From positions 10,075-74,074 of the forward strand of contig WVZL01000016.1 in NCBI GenBank assembly GCA_011772495.1: a DNA stretch of 64,000 nucleotides, read 5' to 3'. A program made the translations under genes and the position numbers. The DNA comes from Candidatus Aminicenantes bacterium. GTDB lineage: Bacteria; Acidobacteriota; Aminicenantia; Aminicenantales; Aminicenantaceae. Positions 57,281 to 64,000 of the stretch are shown piece by piece (position 1 is the stretch's first letter; the number at the start of each line of letters is the position of its first letter). The notes beneath the pieces were generated by a model. It was not told the origin of the DNA, did not search any database, and saw nothing but the letters and a program-made list of their open reading frames with translations.

Positions 57281-58084
57281 TCAGACCTTCTTGACTCTGT
57301 CTTTATCCCTTCGGTCTTTTATTTTCTGGGCAGGCGTGCCGACAGCGATTGAATATTCTCCGAGAGATTCCGTCACAACGGATCCCGCTCCTACCACAGT
57401 CCCTTTTCCGATGGAGACCCCATCCAAGACAATAACCCCAGCTCCGAGCCAGACATCCTCATCGATGCTTATCCCCCCCTTGGTGAAAGAAGGCTGAAAC
57501 ATGATGGGAATCGAAATGTCATCATAGGTATGATTGCCTCCTGCCACCAGATAGCACTGCCCGGCTAAGAAACAGTATTTGCCCAGCCTTATCTCTGTCT
57601 CTGAAAGGAGACTGCAGTTGGCTGAGAGATTACAGTAATCATCCAAAAATATTGATCCCTCTTTGCAGCTGAGAATGGTATTCCTTCCCAGGTAGACATT
57701 CTTTCCGATGCCCAGCCCCTCGTTTTTTTCACCTTTGGCATCAAGAACAACATTATCATCGATAAAAGTATTATCTCCCAGGCAGATTTTATGAGGATGA
57801 CGAAGAGTGATATTCCTTCCAAAAACGACTCCCTTCCCGACTTTCTTGAAAAGAAAAGGGTAGAACAACCGACGCAGAAAGAACCCTGCTGCCCCCGGAA
57901 GCCAGGAAAATAATATGATTATGACCTCGAATTTGAGGAATTTAGCGAAGCTCTTGGTTCCCCAAAAAAAAGATGAATATTTATCAAAAGAGGATTTTCC
58001 CTCATCGATCAATTCTTTCTGGATGCTTCCTCGAAACTCTTTATCCATTATCAGTATAATAGAGAAAATAGCCAGAACATTCAA
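57281..58084 (-). CDS. Left-handed beta-helix (hexapeptide repeat) acyl/acetyltransferase with N-terminal TM segment
   Basis: Repeated [LIV]-G-x4 hexapeptides (IGKNVYLGRNTIL, IDEDVWLGAGVIVLDGVSIGKGTVVGAGSVV). Hydrophobic segment FEVIIILFSWLPGAAGFF. The start codon is uncertain. Confidence 0.75.
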   Translation of the reverse strand: MNVLAIFSIILIMDKEFRGSIQKELIDEGKSSFDKYSSFFWGTKSFAKFLKFEVIIILFSWLPGAAGFFLRRLFYPFLFKKVGKGVVFGRNITLRHPHKICLGDNTFIDDNVVLDAKGEKNEGLGIGKNVYLGRNTILSCKEGSIFLDDYCNLSANCSLLSETEIRLGKYCFLAGQCYLVAGGNHTYDDISIPIMFQPSFTKGGISIDEDVWLGAGVIVLDGVSIGKGTVVGAGSVVTESLGEYSIAVGTPAQKIKDRRDKDRVKKV

Positions 58085-58167
58085 TTCCCCTAGACCTGAT
58101 TGATTTTGCTAGGCTAGAAACTCGAAGTGCCATCGCCATTCAGGCACCCTGGAAGGCACGCTTGAAT

Positions 58168-59385
58168 TCAGTAAAAATAGAACAAGAAACCAACAGCAAG
58201 CTGAATTTGAGAAAGGCCAATCCTGGTGTCCAATGTTTTCGACTTTGGGCTCAGATAAAAGAATTTGGCATCTAGAACCAGAGAGAAATTCCGGGAGATT
58301 TTATATTCAAAATTACCTACTCCTCCAAAAATTAAAGAGGAAATATTTTCATCCAGGTAGGTTTTGGTGGTAACTGTTATCTCCGTGCTGGTGAAAGGCG
58401 ATTGTTCCTCTAAATCGAAGTCTTCTAAGATGTTCAATTTTCCGAACGAAAATCCGATGATCGGACCTGCCCAAACCCCAAATTTCCTCTTTTCCATGAT
58501 TGAGAAAAGCGGAGCAACAGAAATGTTGAATACGTTGCCTTTCAGGCTATCATCGAAAGTATAATCTCGAGGATTATCCGGAACAACAGGATGGGGAAGG
58601 GTCATCGAAAAACTACCATCGTTTTTAAACGATAAATAACTGAGACTCAGGTTAACTTTCAGGAGGATGTTTTTTATCTGAAAAAAACGGCCTATATTCA
58701 GGTCAAAGAGCAGGTTGGTCTTTAATTTATAATTCTCATCCAGACTGCCCTCTTCGCCGTAGAGAGTAAAAGAGCTTTGGGCTTCAAAGGAGGGACTGAC
58801 AGGAAATCCTATTCCAGTCTTTGCTTGAATGAAATAGTTGTGTTCAAGAACTCTGGGGACTCTAGGAACGATTTCTTCGGTAACGACTTCAGGGACTTCT
58901 TCTGGAATTTTTTTTGGCTCTATCTCTACTTCTTCCACTTCCGGCGGCTTCTCTTCCTTCGGCATCGCTTCTTCAAACCATAAGACGACCTTGATCCCAC
59001 CTTCTACGGAAGTCACACTGTAATTGGGAATTCTGTCCCCCAGGTCAAAAACGATTCGAGCCACCTGGGGCTGAAAGAAGCCGACTCTCATCCTCATGAC
59101 TCCGATGATTCCGATGTCAACATAAGGACCGACCGAAATCTTCTGGATCGGGAACAAATCGATCGCTAGCCTGGGAGGACCGGTCAATCCAAAAACTTCG
59201 TAATGAAATTCTCCATCCACGACTACAGTGAATTCTATCTTATCTGCCTCAACAATCTGAAAATTAATCTCCTTTAATTCTGTTACGGATTCAGCTGTGA
59301 CTTCTTCTTGAGGATAGGAGGTCGAAATATTCGAAATAGAAATGAGAATAATTACAGCTGCGAGCAATTTAATTGAATTTTTCAA
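58168..59385 (-). CDS. Outer-membrane protein with N-terminal AMIN domain and C-terminal beta-barrel
   Basis: AAGGAGG lies 4-5 nt before the TTG start, followed by a signal peptide. AMIN-like PPRLAIDLFP..MRMRVGFFQPQVARIVFDL. A P/E-rich linker, then a beta-rich C-terminus ending LAVGFLFYFY (aromatic OMP terminus). Confidence 0.65.
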   Translation of the reverse strand: MKNSIKLLAAVIILISISNISTSYPQEEVTAESVTELKEINFQIVEADKIEFTVVVDGEFHYEVFGLTGPPRLAIDLFPIQKISVGPYVDIGIIGVMRMRVGFFQPQVARIVFDLGDRIPNYSVTSVEGGIKVVLWFEEAMPKEEKPPEVEEVEIEPKKIPEEVPEVVTEEIVPRVPRVLEHNYFIQAKTGIGFPVSPSFEAQSSFTLYGEEGSLDENYKLKTNLLFDLNIGRFFQIKNILLKVNLSLSYLSFKNDGSFSMTLPHPVVPDNPRDYTFDDSLKGNVFNISVAPLFSIMEKRKFGVWAGPIIGFSFGKLNILEDFDLEEQSPFTSTEITVTTKTYLDENISSLIFGGVGNFEYKISRNFSLVLDAKFFYLSPKSKTLDTRIGLSQIQLAVGFLFYFY

Positions 59386-59421
59386 AATTACCTCCTTTTT
59401 GCCCTTTACCAGCTCAGAAAA

Positions 59422-60846
59422 TCAATCGATTCCAAAGATGGCTATCTGACCTTGAGTATCATAGGTCGAGACGGTCGCAATGCCGAATTGAACCCGAGTC
59501 TCAGCACCGGTGAAAGAGAATGAAGCGGTATGAGTAGATTTGTTCACCGACAAGAGCAATTCCCATTCTCCCTCATTCTCCCTCTTGTAGATGTTGTAAC
59601 CTTTGGTCCTGCTTTCGTCGTTTTCAGGATTCGGTTCCCAGCTCAGATCATAATCGATTTCCGGTGTTCCCTTCAGGTTTTTGACTGTAATATTAATAGC
59701 CATATTGATTGGGGGGTTGAGCGGAACAATCGGATAAAGAGAGCTGAACCAGACTTCCTTATCGCGGCCAGAGATTGATGCTGACCAGACGACCGCGACA
59801 TTGCCACCCTCATCAGAGGAAATACCAGGCAGTTTGGGACCACCTTGTGAATTCGGCAGGGTTACAGGATCATTCCACTCTCCGCCTATGTTATTTAAGT
59901 ATCTGATGCCTCGTCCGCGCTCGCCGGGACCGAATTGCCAGGCTACATGTTTATTTCCATCGGGGTCAATGGCTATTCTTGAGTAATGCTGAAGTGCTCC
60001 GGGAAAAATCTTTTCCCGAGGATTCTCGTCTTCGTCAATGGTGCAGAGAAATATTTCGGGCGGATACCCTGTATCCCAATCCGCATAAGTCACTACGGGG
60101 ACGTTGTCAGGCCCCACCGTGATATGAGGATGAGTTTGGCTCGCTCCCCCCCAGTTTATTTTCGTGGGCGCCGTCCAATCCGTTCCTTTTTTACGTCGTC
60201 GGTAATAGATTTTATACTCTCCGTTAGACTGCTTCTCCCTCCAGATCCCCCAGACGCGTCCATCGTTTCCAGCCGCAATCCCGACCTGGGTTGAGCGGCG
60301 ATTCCCGGACATCTTCTTGACATCTTCCCAAATCCCGTCGATTCTGCTGCGGGTATAGGCTCGAGAGCCAACCTTGGCAAACCACATAACATAGACATTC
60401 CCGTCTGGGTCGGCGGCAACTGCGGGCTCATGCCCTCCATAACCTGCTGGGCTTACTCGGAAAGGAGACAGCCATTTCTCCTGGTCAGGATCGTACTCGA
60501 CTAAATAACATGAGTCTTCCTGGTCGTAAGCAACAAAGATGCCTCCCTGCTTGCTGGTGCAGATATAAGGCCTGGCCGCATCCTTATTTCTAGAATTAGT
60601 TAAATCCACCGGTCCCTCCCATGCTTTGCCATCATAACTGGCATAGTGGATGTCCGCGCCAGCAGCATCGTGCCAGTCTTCTACCCAGATAACGTGAGCC
60701 TTTCCATCAGGGCCGAAAGCAACTTGGGCCCATTTTGAAGAATCAGGCGGGGTATCAGACACCATGACCGGCTCAGACATTTGTTGCCCGGTATGGACAC
60801 TCCAGCATAAAAATATGGACAATAAAATAAGCAAGGTCTTTTTCAT
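59422..60846 (-). CDS. Exported protein: W-rich beta-propeller-like repeats plus C-terminal Fn3-like domain
   Basis: Signal peptide, then recurring D-x-x-G-x-x-h-h-x-W blades (DGKAHVIWVE, DGNVYVMWFA, DGRVWGIWRE, DGNKHVAWQF, GGNVAVVWSA). The C-terminal ~90 aa have a Y-x-I-Y-[KR] pattern (GYNIYKRENEGEWELL). Confidence 0.55.
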   Translation of the reverse strand: MKKTLLILLSIFLCWSVHTGQQMSEPVMVSDTPPDSSKWAQVAFGPDGKAHVIWVEDWHDAAGADIHYASYDGKAWEGPVDLTNSRNKDAARPYICTSKQGGIFVAYDQEDSCYLVEYDPDQEKWLSPFRVSPAGYGGHEPAVAADPDGNVYVMWFAKVGSRAYTRSRIDGIWEDVKKMSGNRRSTQVGIAAGNDGRVWGIWREKQSNGEYKIYYRRRKKGTDWTAPTKINWGGASQTHPHITVGPDNVPVVTYADWDTGYPPEIFLCTIDEDENPREKIFPGALQHYSRIAIDPDGNKHVAWQFGPGERGRGIRYLNNIGGEWNDPVTLPNSQGGPKLPGISSDEGGNVAVVWSASISGRDKEVWFSSLYPIVPLNPPINMAINITVKNLKGTPEIDYDLSWEPNPENDESRTKGYNIYKRENEGEWELLLSVNKSTHTASFSFTGAETRVQFGIATVSTYDTQGQIAIFGID

Positions 60847-61054
60847 GATCTTACTCCTTTTTCTGATTTTTCATCTTTATTAGATACTTTCTCTTATTAA
60901 ATGACATATATTCTACAAAAAATCAATGATTGTCAATAGCTGGGAACTTTTCAAGCCTATTTAACCACGATTGAAAATTCCTTAAATGAAGAACCGGCGA
61001 GTCAGGAGGGATTGGAAATCAAAAAACAATTATGGTATATGAATAGACTGAAAA

Positions 61055-63091
61055 ATGAACGGATACAGAATCAAAATCGCAATCCTTCTTATCCTCTCTC
61101 TAGTATTCATATTAAGAACAAGCGGAAAGAGCTCAAGGGCCCAAGACCAGGAGGCAGAACCACTTTTCGACCAACAAGGAAATCTGATATGCATCTACCA
61201 GCGAATCGAGGGAGAAACCTGTATGGAAACCTTAAGGTCCCAGGCAGAAGCTGCTCTCATAAAAACTGTAGCTTTGAGTAGGAGGGCATCTTCTCCTGTC
61301 ATCAAGAAAGATAGGAGAGGGCAAATTTGGGTGGTCTGGGAAGAATGGGCCACTGACCAGAGTAGAATCTTTCTGGCTCGGCTCGAAGAAAATCAAATCA
61401 TTCAGCCCCGACTCATCAGTGAGGAAAAAGGCTTTAACCTGGCTCCCGATTTATCCTTTGACCTGCAAGATAGTCCTTGGATAGTCTGGATTAACTATCA
61501 AAGAGCCCACTACAGAATTTTCGTCGAGGAAATCTTTTCCAGAAAAACATGGATCATAAACCCGGTTAACACCGCTTATGCCCCCCAGATCATCGCTGAC
61601 TTCAACGATCGAATCTGGATTTTCTGGAGCGGGAGAAGCCTGGGAGAGGATGGAATATTTTGCCGAGTCTACGACCGACAGGACTGGCTCCCCATAAGCC
61701 AGCTCAATCCAGGTGATGAATTTCCGCAAACAAGCCCTTCAGTCTCCCTAGACCAGAATGGATTCATCTGGTTAATCTGGTCAGGATATGACGGCCAGGA
61801 TTACGAAATCCACGGCAAATTTTGGAATGGAACCAGGTGGTCGAAAATCACCAGGATTACCGCTAACCAGCAAGAAAATGACCTCTTTCCTGATGTGTCG
61901 GTGGTCTCGGGCAACAGGCCCATCGTCGTTTGGGAAAAGACAGGAAAAGATGGAAGTCACATCTTTCTTAAATATCTAGAGCGTGACTCTTGGAGCAGGG
62001 AGATAAAGATTTCTCAAGAAAAAGGCCAGCATTCCTGCCCGAGGATTGTGGCGGAAGGAGAAAGAATCGGAATCACCTGGCGATTTCAAGATGAAGTGCA
62101 AACAAGATTATTCTTCTTTCATCAGTTGAGTGAAGAAAACCTTCCCGATAAATCTCCTCCCGAAACTCGGATGATCTTCAACCCCTCTCTGGATGAGGAT
62201 AAATATGCTGGCTTCGGAGACAGTATCACTTATGGGTATATCAATTTTGAAGCTGCCCCCGACAAAGGTTATATTCCTCGGCTGGAAATGCTCCTGGATC
62301 AGCAATTCGGCGAGACCGAGGTGGTCAATGAAGGTTGGCCTGGAGAAAAAACATTCAACGGCTTAGCTCGAATCGATAGTGTGATAAGAGATCATTTAGC
62401 CCAGTATCTCCTGCTGATGGAAGGAACAAATGATATCATTTCCAGAAAAATCTCGATGGACACCACTGTTTTTAACCTGGAACAAATGGTCCAGAAATGC
62501 ATTGATTTTGGCGTCTTCCCAGCAGTAGCGACCATTATTCCTCGGAAAGATTGGAGATGGGATAACGAATTCTTCCGGGATAGAATATTTTACCTTAATG
62601 ATCAGATCCATGAGCTGGCCCAGGGACTCCCGATCCCTTTGGTGGATCAGTTCGAACTTTTCTATTCCTATCCCGAAGAAGAGGGAGGATGGAGATCTCT
62701 ATTATCCGACCATAACCATCCTACCGAAGAAGGTTATCAATTGATGGCTGAAGAGTGGTTTGATGAGATAAAAAACTTCCCCTTTCCTCCTGTTTATCTT
62801 CAGGTCAAAAGGGTATACAATGAAATACTTTTCTACCGAGAATTGGGGAACCATCTGACCTGGCAGGATAATCCCAAGATAGCTGACAAAAATAACATAA
62901 AAGGCTATAAAATTTACCGGAAAAAAAAGGATGAAGAGAACAATCAATTCGAGTTCCTCAAAATCATATACGGACGCCTGGAGTACTTCGATACGGATAT
63001 TATCCCTTCAGCTCGCTACGTGTACACGATCTCCACGCTAAGAACAGACGACTTGGAGGGGCCGTGTTCCCCATCCGAGGAAGATCAATAG
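61055..63091 (+). CDS. Exported protein: W-rich propeller-like repeats plus SGNH/GDSL hydrolase domain plus C-terminal Fn3-like domain
   Basis: Signal peptide and blades (GQIWVVWEEW, SPWIVWINY, DRIWIFWSG, GFIWLIWSG, RPIVVWEKT). SGNH blocks GFGDSITYG, EGTNDI and DHNHPT. The tail contains GYKIYRKKKDEENNQFEFL. Confidence 0.7.
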   Translation: MNGYRIKIAILLILSLVFILRTSGKSSRAQDQEAEPLFDQQGNLICIYQRIEGETCMETLRSQAEAALIKTVALSRRASSPVIKKDRRGQIWVVWEEWATDQSRIFLARLEENQIIQPRLISEEKGFNLAPDLSFDLQDSPWIVWINYQRAHYRIFVEEIFSRKTWIINPVNTAYAPQIIADFNDRIWIFWSGRSLGEDGIFCRVYDRQDWLPISQLNPGDEFPQTSPSVSLDQNGFIWLIWSGYDGQDYEIHGKFWNGTRWSKITRITANQQENDLFPDVSVVSGNRPIVVWEKTGKDGSHIFLKYLERDSWSREIKISQEKGQHSCPRIVAEGERIGITWRFQDEVQTRLFFFHQLSEENLPDKSPPETRMIFNPSLDEDKYAGFGDSITYGYINFEAAPDKGYIPRLEMLLDQQFGETEVVNEGWPGEKTFNGLARIDSVIRDHLAQYLLLMEGTNDIISRKISMDTTVFNLEQMVQKCIDFGVFPAVATIIPRKDWRWDNEFFRDRIFYLNDQIHELAQGLPIPLVDQFELFYSYPEEEGGWRSLLSDHNHPTEEGYQLMAEEWFDEIKNFPFPPVYLQVKRVYNEILFYRELGNHLTWQDNPKIADKNNIKGYKIYRKKKDEENNQFEFLKIIYGRLEYFDTDIIPSARYVYTISTLRTDDLEGPCSPSEEDQ

Positions 63092-63102
63092 AAAGGATGA
63101 GC

Positions 63103-63774
63103 ATGAGAGCCCCGGTAAAATTTTTGGCGCTGATGATTCTCGCCGCCTTCTTCCAAGAGGGCAAGATAGCTTATTCTGAACTTCATGGCGCGGCTGGATG
63201 GAGGAAGATTCAGGAACAACAAAGTTCTTCTGCGGCCTTAGAATACACCATGTTGAATGAAAAGACTTTGGTCGGAGTTTTTGCCGGGGCGTACAACATT
63301 GCCGATGACCGATTCAAGCAGATTTATGAAGGACAGGCTTATGTCTTCGGTTTTGGGCTTTCTCAAAGAATTCATGCTTTTCATCGACACTTCATCTTCA
63401 TATCCTTAGATTTTAAGTTTTATACCAAAAAAGGAAAATCGACAGTCACCAAAGAAGACGCCAAACTCATCCTCAAACCGATTTCCTTAGGCGGGGTTTA
63501 CATGTTCCTCACCAAGCCTGTAATCCCTTTTGCAGAGATCGGAGGAGATTATTATCCCTACCAAGAAGAAAGCCCTCTCTACACCACTTCTGGAAGTGCG
63601 CTGGGATTCCATGTGCAAACAGGAGTGCTTATTCCGTTGAAGGTGATAGAATCCTTGAAAGTCAAACTGTACTTGAGATATTCCAGGGTGAAAACAGAGG
63701 AGAACGATCTTGAAGTGAACCTAGGAGGTATTGAATACGGGCTGGGACTTGTGTATGGCTTGAACCTGTTTTAG
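63103..63774 (+). CDS. Hypothetical small outer-membrane beta-barrel protein
   Basis: AAAGGA lies upstream of the ATG at 63103 (63097 is also possible). Signal peptide MRAPVKFLALMILAAFF, an alternating hydrophobic pattern, and a C-terminal ..GLVYGLNLF (terminal Phe). Confidence 0.5.
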   Translation: MRAPVKFLALMILAAFFQEGKIAYSELHGAAGWRKIQEQQSSSAALEYTMLNEKTLVGVFAGAYNIADDRFKQIYEGQAYVFGFGLSQRIHAFHRHFIFISLDFKFYTKKGKSTVTKEDAKLILKPISLGGVYMFLTKPVIPFAEIGGDYYPYQEESPLYTTSGSALGFHVQTGVLIPLKVIESLKVKLYLRYSRVKTEENDLEVNLGGIEYGLGLVYGLNLF

Positions 63775-63833
63775 AATGAGACGATTCTCTGCAGAAAAAA
63801 ACAAAGAGATATTATCTTTATAGTGAGATAAAA

Positions 63834-64000
63834 ATGACGAAAACACAAAAAAGTATTTTTACCGCTTCTGCCTTTTTTATTCTTATTTTGGCGAGTTTCT
63901 TTCACTCATCTTTCTCCAAGGTCCAGCCCTGGCAAAATATTTGGAAACACTATATGTCTCCACCCTACGTGGAGAATGAAATCCTGGTGAAGTTCAAACC
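63834..64000 (+). CDS. Partial CDS (N-terminus only) of an exported protein; continues beyond the window
   Basis: The ATG at 63834 gives MTKTQKSIFTASAFFILILASFFHSSFS (signal-like), then ..YVENEILVKFK with no stop before the window end. It is absent from the ORF track because it is open-ended. The ..ILVKFK.. motif resembles protease propeptide starts, but that is speculative. Confidence 0.4.
   Translation, partial: MTKTQKSIFTASAFFILILASFFHSSFSKVQPWQNIWKHYMSPPYVENEILVKFK

Overview
This is a dense, mostly housekeeping chromosomal segment. It holds roughly 58 protein genes. I found no rRNA or tRNA genes, no CRISPR array, no integrase, transposase or phage genes, and no defence genes I can recognise. 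The host appears to be a diderm bacterium with AGGAGG-type ribosome-binding sites and, by eye, mid-40s %GC. I cannot place it taxonomically without a search. All product calls come from motifs read in the supplied translations, not from database hits.

Gene content, left to right:
- 1-3 kb: truncated HEXXH peptidase, GT9 heptosyltransferase, flavodiiron protein.
- 3-6.3 kb: two Na+-coupled amino-acid transporters (NSS and AGCS).
- 6.3-10.7 kb: membrane protein, then EnvC-like, S41-like and YibQ-like envelope genes.
- 12.3 kb: pdaD.
- 13-18.5 kb: two SurA/parvulin-type PPIases plus mfd.
- 18.7-20.9 kb: CBM9-like/DUF5916-type outer-membrane protein.
- 22-26 kb: Tat-exported PaoABC-like molybdoenzyme.
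- 26-28.4 kb: C26 amidotransferase-like hydrolase and M48 protease.
- 28.5-30.9 kb: ECF sigma, anti-sigma and DUF4097 genes.
- 31.4 kb: an orphan PilZ gene.
- 32-37.4 kb: a run of exported enzymes (Tat aldo/keto reductase with an Fe-S tail, MBL-fold protein, sulfatase-like lipoprotein).
- 37.7 kb: heptose-1-P adenylyltransferase.
- 38.5-46.9 kb: one long minus-strand operon, atpF'-F-H-A-G-D-C followed by a TrmN6-like methyltransferase and Wzm/Wzt-type ABC exporter genes.
- 47-50.4 kb: accD-folC and an atypical receiver protein.
- 50.8-57 kb: glycosylation/modification block (GT2, GT4, epimerase, methyltransferase, DAACS transporter, radical SAM/SPASM).
- 57.3-64 kb: envelope cluster of poorly characterised proteins (LbH acetyltransferase, AMIN-domain OMP, two divergent W-rich propeller/Fn3 proteins of which one carries an SGNH esterase, a small beta-barrel).

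I do not see a clear-cut novel multi-gene system. The signals that ordinary annotation does not explain are:
1. A 181-nt element with 14-16 bp terminal inverted repeats and wobble-tolerant internal hairpins. It is present in about 2.5 copies, and the copies bracket the 6.3-kb glycosylation/radical-SAM block.
2. A stand-alone promoter, 20-codon Cys-rich ORF and terminator unit at 37.5-37.7 kb.
3. An A-rich, triplet-periodic repeat tract at 38.4-38.5 kb.
4. Several predicted pseudoenzymes or atypical domains: an S41 protease lacking its Ser/Lys dyad, a sulfatase-fold protein lacking CxPxR, a receiver with Glu at the phospho-acceptor site, and an AGCS transporter with an N-terminal beta-sandwich.
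5. The 57-64 kb envelope cluster.

Start codons were revised where an SD or signal peptide argues against the ORF-track start.
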